Program-made: the position numbers and the translations under genes
The notes under the pieces: generated by a model
What the model was told of the DNA's origin: nothing
The model's input: only the letters and a program-made list of their open reading frames with translations
Databases searched by the model: none
DNA from: an uncultured Gammaproteobacteria bacterium
GTDB lineage: Bacteria > Pseudomonadota > Gammaproteobacteria > Steroidobacterales > GCA-2729495
Assembly: GCA_937958785.1 (NCBI GenBank)
Contig: CALGMY010000141.1
Location: forward strand, 1-54,764
DNA: 54,764 bases
Direction of reading: 5' to 3'
Part shown: piece after piece, positions 1-9,575 of the stretch
Position numbering within the stretch: position 1 is the stretch's first letter
Layout of the letters: the number at the start of each line of letters is the position of its first letter

Positions 1-54
1 GTCTGCGAGATGACGTAGGAGCGCCGGCCGGCGCTCCTACGTCATCTCGCAGAC
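1..54. repeat. Perfect 27+27 bp palindrome with a REP-like GTAGGAGCG core
   Basis: gtctgcgagatgacgtaggagcgccgg / ccggcgctcctacgtcatctcgcagac are exact reverse complements. The right arm holds the last 6 codons and the TAG stop (37-39) of the 37..1113 gene. The left arm touches the window edge, so the palindrome may extend further. Confidence 0.9.
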
Positions 55-1113
55 CAGCACCTGCCGGGCGGTGATCGAGCCGATCAGCAGCTTGCTGCCC
101 CAGGTCACGCCGACGCTGCCGGCGGAGATCTGCTCGCCCGCGTTCAGGTAGATCTCGTCGACGACCGCCGCGTCGCCGGTGCTGCCCGGGACCACCCGCA
201 GGACCTGGGTCGGCGCCGGGGAGCCGTTGATGAAGTGCTGGATCAGCTTCACGGTGTTGGCGTGGCCCGTGACCCACAGGCTGCCGTCGGCCGCCACGTC
301 GATGTTGTCCGGCGAGGTGGGCACGGCGATGCGCGCCCGGTCCGTCACCGAGCCATCGGCCGGGTCCCGCGCGAGCACCCGCACGCGCTGGGCGGAGGTT
401 TCCGAGACGTACAGGGTCGTGCCGTCGGGCGACACGTTGATGCCACCCCCGGACGCGATGTCGCCCGTCACGACCCGGGCCGCGGTGCCATCGAAGTAGG
501 TGAGCGGCGAGGCGCCGACGCCGAGCTGCTGGAGTCCCGCCGCGAGGCCGCCGTCCATGGTCTTGTCGTTGGCCACGTAGAACTGCCGGTCGCCCACGGC
601 GGCGAGGTCGTTCGGCGAGTTGAAGAGGGGACTGGTCACGGTCTCCCGGTGGGTGAAGGTGCCCGGGGCGGTCTCCGTGAAGATCTCGATGAGTTCCGGC
701 TCGCTGCCCCGGTTCACCGGGTGGTTGATGGCCATGAGCGTGCGCCGGCCGGAGGCGTCCACGAACAGGCTGAGCCCGTGGGGGCGCAGGTGCGCCGGCT
801 TGTCGGCGAGCGCGTCCTCGATGGCGAGCGGCGAACGGTTCAGGTCGATGCGCATCACGGTGCCCTGCACGTTGGTCCCGTCGCCCTTCACCAGGGACTG
901 GCGATCCAGGTAGGACAGGTAGACCAGGCCGCGTTCCCGGTCCACCGTCAGGTCCTCGGCGCTGGCATCGAGCGGCAGGGCGGTGCAGTTGCCGGCGAAG
1001 TGCGGCTCGATCTTGCGGAAGGCGCCGCCGCGGTTCAGTACGTACAGGGTGCCGACCGTGGCGACCAGGACGAGGATGCCGATGAGCTTGAGGATCCGCT
1101 TGATGAGACGCAT
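37..1113 (-). CDS. Paraoxonase/arylesterase-family (PON-like) six-bladed propeller lactonase/esterase with an N-terminal membrane anchor
   Basis: 358-aa ORF with ATG at 1113. Hydrophobic N-terminus ILKLIGILVLVATVGTLYVL. Collinear PON-type motifs: LRPHGLSLF..MAINHP, NDLAAVGDRQFYVAND, GINVSPDGTTLYVSE, DNIDVAADGSLWVTGH. Confidence 0.75.
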   Translation of the reverse strand: MRLIKRILKLIGILVLVATVGTLYVLNRGGAFRKIEPHFAGNCTALPLDASAEDLTVDRERGLVYLSYLDRQSLVKGDGTNVQGTVMRIDLNRSPLAIEDALADKPAHLRPHGLSLFVDASGRRTLMAINHPVNRGSEPELIEIFTETAPGTFTHRETVTSPLFNSPNDLAAVGDRQFYVANDKTMDGGLAAGLQQLGVGASPLTYFDGTAARVVTGDIASGGGINVSPDGTTLYVSETSAQRVRVLARDPADGSVTDRARIAVPTSPDNIDVAADGSLWVTGHANTVKLIQHFINGSPAPTQVLRVVPGSTGDAAVVDEIYLNAGEQISAGSVGVTWGSKLLIGSITARQVLVCEMT

Positions 1114-1306
1114 GGCTGCTCCGGGAGGGCTGGCGACGGGGTGGGGGAACTCTGTTGCAGGGAGGCTGTCCGGTCAATAACCCCGGCGCGTGCATCGGAC
1201 CCCGGGGGCAGGGCGAATCACCAGACGGATAAGCCCGCGCGGGGCCTTGTTTCCGTGGCGGATACTGCCACGATGGCGCCAGTTCACGGGCCCTGAAAGG
1301 GCGGCA

Positions 1307-2674
1307 ATGGTCACCAGTCCCACCGACAGCCTTCCCGGCCAGCAGGGCATCCGCATCGGCCCGCTGGAAATGCGGCCCGGCGTCAGCCACCGGCATGTCC
1401 TCACGCTGTTCTTCGTGTCCTATTTCGGCATCGCCATGATGAACTCGGTGGGCATCATGCAGGCCTACCTCTTCAACGAGATCCTGAAGATCCCGCCGGA
1501 CCAGCAGGGCGCGCTCACCGGGACGCTGCTCGTGGTGCAGGAGCTCGTCGTGATCCTGCTCGTGGGGCTCGCTGGCGCCGTCTCCGACCGGGTGGGTCGA
1601 CCGCCCGTGTTTGCCGCCGGCTTCCTGCTGCTGGCCTTGGGTTATTGCCTCTACCCCCTGGCGTCGGGGGACTTCGAGACCGTGCGCTGGGAACTGGTGT
1701 TCTTTCGGCTCTTCATCGCCTCGGGGGTCGCCTGCATCAACGTCATGCTGTCGTCGGTGGCCAACGACTATCCCGTGGACCGGACCCGCGCGAAGATGAT
1801 CGCCGAGGTCTTCATGTTCAACGGCGTCGGCATCGCCACGCTGCCGCGCCTGATCGGCGGGCTCCCCCAGATGTTCATCGAGATGGGCATCGACCCCCTC
1901 TGGGCTGGCCGTTACGCCTACTGGTGCCTGGCCGGGACCTGCACCATGCTCGCCCTGGTGCTGCTCTGGGGCCTCAAGCCCGGCGCCATGACGAAGACCA
2001 AGGAGCGCGAGCCCCTGCTCGCCACGCTGAAGATCGGCTTCGCGGCGGCGCGCATGCCCCGGGTGGCCCTGGGCTACGCGGCCGCCTTCGTGTCCCGGGC
2101 GGACCTCGCCGTGGTCAGCCAGTTCCTCACCCTCTGGCTCGTCCGGGAGGGGATGGAGCAGGGCATGACCCCGGCCGAGGCCACCGTGAAGGCCACCCTG
2201 TTCTACGTCGTCATCCAGGCCTTCGCCCTGCCCTGGGCGGCGGTCTTCGGGATCCTGCTCGACCGGATCGACAGGCTGAAGGGCCTCATGATCGGGATGG
2301 GCGTCGCCTTCGGCGGCTATGCCTCCCTGGGATTCCTCGAGGACCCGCTCAGCTTCGAGATGTACATCGCCGCCGCGTTCGTGGGCGCCGGCGAGATGTC
2401 GGCCAACATCTCCGCGACCTCCCTCATCGGCAAGGAGGCGCCGGACAAGGGCCGGGGCGCCGTGCTGGGCCTGTTCAGCCTGTTCGGCGCCGTGGGCATC
2501 ATGGTGGTCGGCCTGGTGGGCGGCTGGCTCTTCGACAACTGGAAGCCCGTCGGCCCGTTCCTCTACATGGCGGCCTCGAACGCCGTCCTCGTGGTGGCCG
2601 CCCTGCTGGTGTACCTCGCCACCCGGACGACCGGGGGAGACCGCCCCGGGGACCCGGCGGCCACCCGGGCTTGA
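1307..2674 (+). CDS. MFS transporter (paralog of 5375..6733)
   Basis: Track ORF 1190..2674. I prefer the internal ATG at 1307 (MVTSPTD), preceded by aaaggg. About 12 hydrophobic segments. Contains the MFS loop SDRVGRPPVF. Confidence 0.8.
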   Translation: MVTSPTDSLPGQQGIRIGPLEMRPGVSHRHVLTLFFVSYFGIAMMNSVGIMQAYLFNEILKIPPDQQGALTGTLLVVQELVVILLVGLAGAVSDRVGRPPVFAAGFLLLALGYCLYPLASGDFETVRWELVFFRLFIASGVACINVMLSSVANDYPVDRTRAKMIAEVFMFNGVGIATLPRLIGGLPQMFIEMGIDPLWAGRYAYWCLAGTCTMLALVLLWGLKPGAMTKTKEREPLLATLKIGFAAARMPRVALGYAAAFVSRADLAVVSQFLTLWLVREGMEQGMTPAEATVKATLFYVVIQAFALPWAAVFGILLDRIDRLKGLMIGMGVAFGGYASLGFLEDPLSFEMYIAAAFVGAGEMSANISATSLIGKEAPDKGRGAVLGLFSLFGAVGIMVVGLVGGWLFDNWKPVGPFLYMAASNAVLVVAALLVYLATRTTGGDRPGDPAATRA

Positions 2675-2716
2675 TATGATCCGGGCTCACTCCACCTGAC
2701 CTCGAGGACTGCACCG

Positions 2717-3736
2717 ATGCAGACGACCCGCCGGGACTTGCTGAATTCCTTCGCCACCGTCGGCCCCCTGGGGGCACTGTCCCTGGGCCTGCTCCAGTCC
2801 GGCACCGCCCTGGGCGGCGCCCACTCGGCGGCGGGTTCGATGACCACCAGCCGCTACGGCAAGGGCCCGGGCCTCGAGGGGCCGTACCTGGACCTCCGCA
2901 CCGGCAAGGGCAACAAGCTCGCCTACGCGCGCATCCAGGGCGACCTGGACAATACCAAGCAGAAGTATTTCTGGTTCAAGGGCTACTGCTCGGGCGTGCG
3001 CCCCGGCAAGAAGATCGACGACCTGGTCGGGGCCCAGGGTTTCGGCACCATCCGGCTGAACCCGCTGCCCGACGGCAGCATCCAGCGCATGTGCCGGGAG
3101 GTCATCTTCTACACCGACCTGCGCAGTGGCGAGGTCATCCAGGAGTGGAAGAACCCGTACCTCAACGAGACGGTGAAGGTGGTCCACGTGGACAACGACC
3201 CCTTCAACTACATGATCGAGGACTACTTCCCGGCGCCGCCGTCTTTCGGCGGCCTGAACAAGGAGGCGCCCCCGCCCCGGATCCCCTTCATCCTGCCCTG
3301 GTACCAGCACGGGGCCTGGGCCGAGATGGAGATCCACATCCACCTGGCCTACCCGAGCGCGCTCCAGCCGGACAAGTGGCCCCGGGAGTCCGCGGGCCCG
3401 ATCGCGGTGGTGTCCGAGTACTTCGCCCACCACATGCGGGTCGAGGACCTGCAGAACGAGAAGCTCACCACGATCGACTACCACGGCACCTGGAACCGCA
3501 CCACGCCCTGGCTGCCCTGGATGCTCATGGGCCAGATGCCGGGCCACGTCCAGTACAACTGCTTCATGGGCACGACGCCCGATCTCGAGCAGGTGCTGAG
3601 CCGGTCGGCGCTGGACTTCGCCGAGAAGAACTACAAGAAGTACTTCAACGCCCCGGACAAGTACGAGGCCGTCCGCAGCCTGTCCAGCCTCGAGCACTAC
3701 GCCGAGCGGGAGAAGCCCCAGCCGCCGAAGCCGTAA
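2717..3736 (+). CDS. Tat-signal secreted protein of unknown function (DUF1838-like)
   Basis: 339-aa ORF, GAGGA 9 nt upstream of the ATG. Twin-arginine leader MQTTRRDLLNSFATVGPLGALSLG..ALG. High GC3. The DUF1838 assignment is from memory of the family and was not searched. Confidence 0.6.
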   Translation: MQTTRRDLLNSFATVGPLGALSLGLLQSGTALGGAHSAAGSMTTSRYGKGPGLEGPYLDLRTGKGNKLAYARIQGDLDNTKQKYFWFKGYCSGVRPGKKIDDLVGAQGFGTIRLNPLPDGSIQRMCREVIFYTDLRSGEVIQEWKNPYLNETVKVVHVDNDPFNYMIEDYFPAPPSFGGLNKEAPPPRIPFILPWYQHGAWAEMEIHIHLAYPSALQPDKWPRESAGPIAVVSEYFAHHMRVEDLQNEKLTTIDYHGTWNRTTPWLPWMLMGQMPGHVQYNCFMGTTPDLEQVLSRSALDFAEKNYKKYFNAPDKYEAVRSLSSLEHYAEREKPQPPKP

Positions 3737-3745
3737 AATGGCGCT

Positions 3746-3795
3746 GTAGGAGTGCCTTCAGGCGCGATCTGGGTCGGGCCTGAAGGCGCTCCCAC
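3746..3795. repeat. Inverted pair of REP-like elements
   Basis: gtaggagtgccttcaggcgcgat (3746-3768) faces the reverse complement of gtgggagcgccttcaggcccga (3774-3795). Same GTAGGAGCG..CGCGA family as 12931, 45247 and 46934. Confidence 0.8.
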
Positions 3796-3936
3796 TGGTT
3801 CTCCTGCAGGCCCCTCCTGCCCCAGACCCCGCTCCCTCCGGTAGGTGGTCGCCGCGGCAATCCCGTATGGCGCCGCATTTCCCGTGGAACCGGCGGTCCC
3901 CCACAATAGGGCCCTGACCAGCCTGGATCCCCCGCT

Positions 3937-5388
3937 ATGTCCCGCAAGTTTGGCGATCGCCTGATGTACATCGGCGGTCAGTTCGTCGCCGGCAGTGGCG
4001 GCGACTGGCTCGACTCCGTCAATCCCGGCACCGAGGAGGTGCACGGCCGCGTGCCCGTCGCCACGGTGGAAGACGTGGACCGGGCCACCCGCGCCGCCGA
4101 GGCGGCCCAGCCCGCCTGGGCGGCAACGTCCATCTGGGAACGCCGGGACTACCTGCGCCAGCTCGGGGCGGCCATGAAGGCCCGGGCGGGGGAGATCGTG
4201 CCCCTGGAGGCCGCCGACACCGGCAATACCATCGGCAGCCTCGGCCGGGACGTGGAGGTGGCCGCCAACTACCTGGATCTCTTCTCGGGTTACGGCACCG
4301 AGCTCAAGGGCGACAGCGTGCCGGCCTCGAAGGACGGCATCCACTTCTCCATCCGGGAGCCCTATGGCGTCGTCGCCCGCATCGTGCCCTTCAACCACCC
4401 GTTCCTGTTCGCCGCCGCCCACCTGGCCGCGCCGCTCATGGCCGGCAACACGGTGATCGTGAAGACCCCGGAGACCAGTCCCCTCACCGGCACGCTGATG
4501 GGGGAGATCTGCCGGGACGTGCTGCCACCAGGCGTCGTCAACATCGTGCACGGCCCGGGGCTGCCCACCGGCGACGCGCTCGTCCGCCACCCGCGCATCT
4601 GGCGCATCGGCTTCACCGGATCGGTACAGACCGGGCTCGCCATCCAGCGGTCCGCCGCCGAGGTCGCCGTGAAGCACATCTCCCTGGAACTCGGCGGCAA
4701 GAACCCGATGATCGTCTGCCCGGATGCCGATCCGGCCACGGTTGCCGATGCCGCGGTGGGCGGCATGAACTTCGCCTGGGCGGGACAGTCCTGTGGCTCG
4801 AACAGCCGGGTGCTCCTGCACGAGTCCCTGTACGACGAGGTGGTCGAGCGGATCGTCGCCCGGGTGTCCGCGTTGCGGGTGGGCGATGCACTGGACCCGG
4901 CTTCCCAGATGGGTCCGGTGAACTCGGCGGCCCACTACCGCCGCATCCTGTCCTTCGTCGAATCCGCCCGGCAGGAAGGGGCGAAGCTATTGACGGGCGG
5001 CGAACGCCCGGCCGGTGAGGCATTTCGCCGCGGCTACTGGCTGCGGCCCACCGTGTATGGTGACGTGACCATGGACATGCGGGTCGCCCGGGAGGAGATC
5101 TTCGGGCCCATCATGTCCATCCTGAAGTGGAAGACCCAGGACGAGGCGATCGCGATGGCAAATGCCACCGAGTACGGGCTGGCCTCCGGGGTCTGGACCC
5201 ATGACCTCAAGGTGGCAATGACTTTCGCCCGGGCCCTTCAGTCCGGGTTCGTCTGGATCAACACGACGGCCCGGCACTTCGTCGGCACGCCGTTCGGTGG
5301 CTGGAAGAACAGCGGCCTCGGCCGCGAGGAATGCCTCGAGGAACTGCTGAGCTACACCCACAACAAGGCCATCCATGTCTTCGTCTGA
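3937..5388 (+). CDS. NAD(P)+-dependent aldehyde dehydrogenase
   Basis: 483 aa. ALDH signatures: FTGSVQTG, catalytic Glu in LELGGKNP, catalytic Cys in AGQSCGSNSR, EEIFGPI. The start could also be Met10 (3964). Confidence 0.9.
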   Translation: MSRKFGDRLMYIGGQFVAGSGGDWLDSVNPGTEEVHGRVPVATVEDVDRATRAAEAAQPAWAATSIWERRDYLRQLGAAMKARAGEIVPLEAADTGNTIGSLGRDVEVAANYLDLFSGYGTELKGDSVPASKDGIHFSIREPYGVVARIVPFNHPFLFAAAHLAAPLMAGNTVIVKTPETSPLTGTLMGEICRDVLPPGVVNIVHGPGLPTGDALVRHPRIWRIGFTGSVQTGLAIQRSAAEVAVKHISLELGGKNPMIVCPDADPATVADAAVGGMNFAWAGQSCGSNSRVLLHESLYDEVVERIVARVSALRVGDALDPASQMGPVNSAAHYRRILSFVESARQEGAKLLTGGERPAGEAFRRGYWLRPTVYGDVTMDMRVAREEIFGPIMSILKWKTQDEAIAMANATEYGLASGVWTHDLKVAMTFARALQSGFVWINTTARHFVGTPFGGWKNSGLGREECLEELLSYTHNKAIHVFV

Positions 5389-6733
5389 AACCGCGTCGCC
5401 GGCCTCCGCCGGCACCACCGCCGCGCGAAAATTCCTCTTCGTCGAGCTGGCCGAGGGCATCAGCCGTTCCAATTTCGGCACCCTGCTGTACGCGGCCTTC
5501 ACCGCGATCGGGCTCCTCGCCTTCATCGGCGTCGGCACGCCCTACGTGCTGAACGTCTATCTCAAGATCCCCACGAGCGAGCAGGGCCAGATCGCGGGCG
5601 ACCTGGCCGCCTGGACCGAGGTGATGCTGCTTCTCGTGTTCGCCCCGGCCGGCATCCTCGCCGACCGGATCGGGCGACGGGAGGTGTTCGCGGTCGGCTT
5701 CCTCTTCATGGCCATTGCCTACGCCCTGTACCCCTTCGCCGATACCGTTACCGAGCTCACCGGCTACCGCCTGGTCTACGCGCTCGGCATCGGGCTTGCC
5801 ACTGCCATGCTGCAGACCGTGGTGGCCGACTATCCGGCGAATGTCTCGCGTGGCAAGGCCACGGCGCTGGTGGGTACCCTCAACGGCCTCGGCGTCATCG
5901 TGCTCACCGTCGGCCTCGGCGGGCTCATGCGCTCCTTCGTCCAGCGGGGCTTCACGCCCGAGATGGCCGGCTACATCACCCACTTCATCGTCGCGGGCCT
6001 GTGCTTCGTCTCGTCGATCGTCGTGCTGACGGGACTCAGGAAAGGCACCGGTGTCCAGCACGAGGAGCGGCTGCCCCTCAAGGTGCTGGTGACAAGCGGC
6101 TTCGCGGCAGCCCGCAATCCCCGCATTGCGCTGGCCTACGCCTGCGCCTTCATCGCCCGGGGCGACCTGGTGGTGATCGGCACGTTCGTGAACCTGTGGG
6201 GGACCAATGCGGGCATGGAGGCCGGCATGGACCCCGCCGCCGCCTCGGCCCAGGGGCGGATCCTGTTCGCCACCGCGACCACGGCGGGGCTCGTGTGGCT
6301 GCCGATCATGGGCTACATGCTCGACAAGGTGAACCGGGTGACCGGCACCGTGATCTGCATGACCCTCGCGGCCCTCGGGTTCCTCTTCACCGACCTCGTG
6401 GACGATCCGCTGGCGAAGGAGTCGCTGGTGTTCTTCATCCTGCTCGGCATCGGCCAGATCAGTGCCTTCGTCGGCGCCGCCACGCTGATCGGCCAGGAGG
6501 CGCCGAGGGAGTCCCGGGGCGCGGTGGTCGGACTCTTCAACATGTCCGGCGCCATCGGCATCCTGTTCTGCACGGCCATCGGCGGCCGTCTCTTCGATGC
6601 CATCGGGCCCCACGCAGTCTTCGAGATGGTGGGCGGCATCACGGTGCTCGTGGTGCTCTACGCCGTCTGGGTGCGGTGGAAGGCCCCCGGCCCGATGACC
6701 ACCGGCGGCGGCTTCATGGGCGCCGCCCACTGA
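5375..6733 (+). CDS. MFS transporter (paralog of 1307..2674)
   Basis: 452 aa. The ATG overlaps the ALDH stop by 14 nt. LKIPTSEQGQIAGDL..ADRIGRREVFAVGFLFMAIAYALYPFA aligns with LKIPPDQQGALTGTL..SDRVGRPPVFAAGFLLLALGYCLYPLA of the first MFS. Confidence 0.85.
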   Translation: MSSSETASPASAGTTAARKFLFVELAEGISRSNFGTLLYAAFTAIGLLAFIGVGTPYVLNVYLKIPTSEQGQIAGDLAAWTEVMLLLVFAPAGILADRIGRREVFAVGFLFMAIAYALYPFADTVTELTGYRLVYALGIGLATAMLQTVVADYPANVSRGKATALVGTLNGLGVIVLTVGLGGLMRSFVQRGFTPEMAGYITHFIVAGLCFVSSIVVLTGLRKGTGVQHEERLPLKVLVTSGFAAARNPRIALAYACAFIARGDLVVIGTFVNLWGTNAGMEAGMDPAAASAQGRILFATATTAGLVWLPIMGYMLDKVNRVTGTVICMTLAALGFLFTDLVDDPLAKESLVFFILLGIGQISAFVGAATLIGQEAPRESRGAVVGLFNMSGAIGILFCTAIGGRLFDAIGPHAVFEMVGGITVLVVLYAVWVRWKAPGPMTTGGGFMGAAH

Positions 6734-6948
6734 GGACGTCGGAGCGGCTTCAGGCGGAAGCCGGCGGCGGTGATCGCCTTCGCGAGGGCGTCCTGCCCGA
6801 TCTGGCCGGGATCGAATTCCACGGCCACCGTGCCGCTCACCCGGTCCGCCTTCGCCGCCGTCACGCCCTTGTGGCTCGTCAGGGCGTTCTGGACGCTGCG
6901 CTCGCAGCCCCCGCAGGTCATGCCCTGCACCTTGAACTCCGTCTTCAT
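6658..6948 (-). CDS. copZ: CopZ-like heavy-metal-associated (HMA) copper chaperone
   Basis: MKTEFKVQGMTCGGCE metal-binding motif. GGAGGAAAG lies about 9 nt before the ATG at 6948 (the track ORF starts at 6972). A roughly 27-aa C-terminal tail overlaps the convergent MFS gene by 76 nt. Confidence 0.75.
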   Translation of the reverse strand: MKTEFKVQGMTCGGCERSVQNALTSHKGVTAAKADRVSGTVAVEFDPGQIGQDALAKAITAAGFRLKPLRRPQWAAPMKPPPVVIGPGAFHRTQTA

Positions 6949-6996
6949 GAGGTTCTTTCCTCCGGTCATCATGGTGTTTTCCTCGCGGTGCGCCGG

Positions 6997-9462
6997 CTAC
7001 CCGCGTGGGTGCCAGCGGCGCAACAGCAGTGAATTGGTCACGACGCTGACGCTGCTCATGGCCATGGCCGCGCCCGCCAGGGCGGGGCTGAGGAAGCCGA
7101 AGGCAGCCAGCGGAATGCCGATCACATTGTAGATGAAGGCCCAGAACAGGTTCTGCTTGATCTTGCGGAACGTGGCCCGGCTGACCTCGATGGCCCCGGC
7201 CACCAGGCGCGGGTCCGGGCGCATCAGGGTGATGCCCGCGGTCTCCATGGCAATGTCGGTCCCGGTGCCCATGGCGATGCCCACGTCGGCGGCCGCCAGG
7301 GCGGGGGCGTCGTTGATGCCGTCGCCGAGCATGCCCACCACCCGGCCGGCCGCCCGGAGTTCGTCGACCGCGCCGGACTTGCCCTCGGGCCGGATGGCCC
7401 CGCGGGCTTCGTCGACGCCAGCGTCCCGCCCGACGGCGGCGGCGACCAGTTCCGCATCGCCGGACAGCATCAGGGTGCGCACGCCCATCCGGCGCAGGGC
7501 CGTGACCGCGGGGACGGCCTCGGGCCGCAGCGGGTCGGCGATGGCGAGCACGCCCAGCACGCCGCCGCGATCGGCGACGAACACGGCCGTGCGACCCTGG
7601 CGTTCCCACTCGAGCACCCGGGCCGCCGCGTCGCCGGTTTCGATGCCCTGCTCGTCGAGGAGCCGGGCATTGCCGATGAAGATCTCCCGGCCCGCGACAC
7701 TGCCGCTGACCCCGCGCCCGGTGTGGCTGCGGAAGTCCGTCACCGCGAGGCGACCGAGGTGGCGCTCGCCAGCCCCCGCGAGCACGGCCCGGGCCAGCGG
7801 GTGCTCGCTGCCGTGCTGCACGGATGCGGCCAGCTGCAGCAACTCGTCCTCGCTGCCCCGGAGGGCCGCCGTGCCGACCAGCGTGGCGCGGCCGGCGGTG
7901 AGGGTGCCGGTCTTGTCGAACACCACGGTGTCGAGCCGGTGGGCCCGTTCGAGGGACTCCACGTCCTTGATCAGGATGCCGGCCCGGGCCGCCGCCCCCG
8001 TGCCGGTCATGATGGCGGTCGGCGTCGCGAGGCCGAGCGCGCAGGGGCAGGCGATGACCAGCACCGCCACACCGGAGACCAGCGCCTGTTCGAAGCTGCC
8101 GGTCACCAGCAGCCAGCCGGCGAAGGTCAGCAGGGCGAGCACCACGACGATGGGCACGAAGATCGCGCTGATGCGGTCCACCAGGCGCTGCACCGGAGCC
8201 TTGCCGCCTTGGGCGTTCTCGATCAGGCGGATGATGCGTGCCAGGGTGGAGTCGGCGCCCACCGCCGTGGCCCGCACCTCGAGCAGCCCGGTGCCGTTGA
8301 TGGCGCCACCCGTGACCGAGCTGCCGGGCTGCTTGTCCACCGGCAGGCTTTCCCCGGTGATCAGGGCCTCGTCCAGCTCGCTGCGGCCGGCCACCACCTG
8401 GCCGTCCACCGGAACCCGCTCCCCTGGCCGGACGACCACCAGGTCGCCGGCCCGCACCGCCGTGATCGGCACCTCCCGCTCGCTGCCGTCGGCGGCGCGC
8501 AGGCGGGCCGTCTGGGGGCGCAGGTCCATCAGCTGGCGGATGGCCGCGGTCGTGCCGCGCTTGGCCTTCGACTCCAGGAACTTGCCGAGCAGCACCAGGG
8601 TGATGATGACCACCGACGCCTCGAAGTAGAGCTGGCCCATCGCCCCGTCGAGGCCCAGGGTGGCCAGCAGGTACACGCTGTAGCCGTAGGCGGCCGAGGT
8701 CCCCAGGGCGACCAAGACATCCATGTTGCCCGAGCGGGCCTTGATCGCCTTCCAGGCGGAGCGGTAGAAGCGGGCGCCGATGACGAACTGCACGGGCGTC
8801 GCGAGCAGCAATTCGATCCAGGCGGGCAGGTGCCAGTGCAGGTCCAGGGACATCGCCCCCATCTGCACGAGCAGGGGCGCAGCGAAGGCGGTCGCGATCA
8901 GCAGGATGGCGAGTTCCCGGCGCAGCGCCGCCTGGTCCCGCTGCCGGTGGGCCTCCTCGGCCTCCGCCTGGCCCGCGGCCGGGGAGTCGATGCGGGCGCC
9001 GTAGCCTGCCTTCGTGACGGCCTCGGCCAGGTCGGAGAGGCGCGCAACGCCGGGCACGGCGCGCACGTCGGCGCGCTCGATGGCGAGATTGACGTTGGCC
9101 TCCAGGACCCCCGGAACCTGGCGGAGTGCCTTCTCGACCCGCGTCGAGCAGGCGCTGCAGGTCATCCCCTCGATGGCGAAGGAAAACGACTCCGCAGGCA
9201 CCTCGAAGCCGGCCTTCACGATGGCGTCGGCGATGGCCGCCACGGCCAGCCGGTCCGGGTCATAGCTGACGTCCGCCCGCTCCACGGCGAAGTTGACCGT
9301 GGCCGATTCCACGCCCGCGACCAGCCCGAGGGCCTTCTCGAGCCGGGTGGCGCAGGCGCTGCAGGTCATGCCGCGCACCGGCAAGTCCACCCGGGCACGG
9401 GCCGTGCCGGCGGGCATGGCCGGATCGGAGGCACGGGCAGCGTCGGCGGGAATGACGCTCAA
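6997..9462 (-). CDS. copA: Copper-translocating P1B-type ATPase
   Basis: 821 aa. Two N-terminal HMA domains ([24 protein letters not shown]), CPC in [26 protein letters not shown]. The track start is a TTG at 9462 after GAGGAA; an alternative ATG lies at 9417. Confidence 0.93.
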   Translation of the reverse strand: MSVIPADAARASDPAMPAGTARARVDLPVRGMTCSACATRLEKALGLVAGVESATVNFAVERADVSYDPDRLAVAAIADAIVKAGFEVPAESFSFAIEGMTCSACSTRVEKALRQVPGVLEANVNLAIERADVRAVPGVARLSDLAEAVTKAGYGARIDSPAAGQAEAEEAHRQRDQAALRRELAILLIATAFAAPLLVQMGAMSLDLHWHLPAWIELLLATPVQFVIGARFYRSAWKAIKARSGNMDVLVALGTSAAYGYSVYLLATLGLDGAMGQLYFEASVVIITLVLLGKFLESKAKRGTTAAIRQLMDLRPQTARLRAADGSEREVPITAVRAGDLVVVRPGERVPVDGQVVAGRSELDEALITGESLPVDKQPGSSVTGGAINGTGLLEVRATAVGADSTLARIIRLIENAQGGKAPVQRLVDRISAIFVPIVVVLALLTFAGWLLVTGSFEQALVSGVAVLVIACPCALGLATPTAIMTGTGAAARAGILIKDVESLERAHRLDTVVFDKTGTLTAGRATLVGTAALRGSEDELLQLAASVQHGSEHPLARAVLAGAGERHLGRLAVTDFRSHTGRGVSGSVAGREIFIGNARLLDEQGIETGDAAARVLEWERQGRTAVFVADRGGVLGVLAIADPLRPEAVPAVTALRRMGVRTLMLSGDAELVAAAVGRDAGVDEARGAIRPEGKSGAVDELRAAGRVVGMLGDGINDAPALAAADVGIAMGTGTDIAMETAGITLMRPDPRLVAGAIEVSRATFRKIKQNLFWAFIYNVIGIPLAAFGFLSPALAGAAMAMSSVSVVTNSLLLRRWHPRG

Positions 9463-9575
9463 GGAAGTTCCTCGGCAGGCGGGCGGCGGAATGACCCCCC
9501 GATGGTATCAAGCGGACTTGGTGGTGGCGGCCGCAAATTCAAGCCGCGGCATTACGTCACACCGGCGCGTCGCCG

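Noticed and set aside
5258-7609. 783-aa minus-strand ORF spanning the MFS, copZ and copA region
   Set aside because: It runs antisense or out of frame to three well-supported genes. The product is Arg/Gly/Pro/His-rich low-complexity sequence, typical of spurious open frames in GC-rich DNA.
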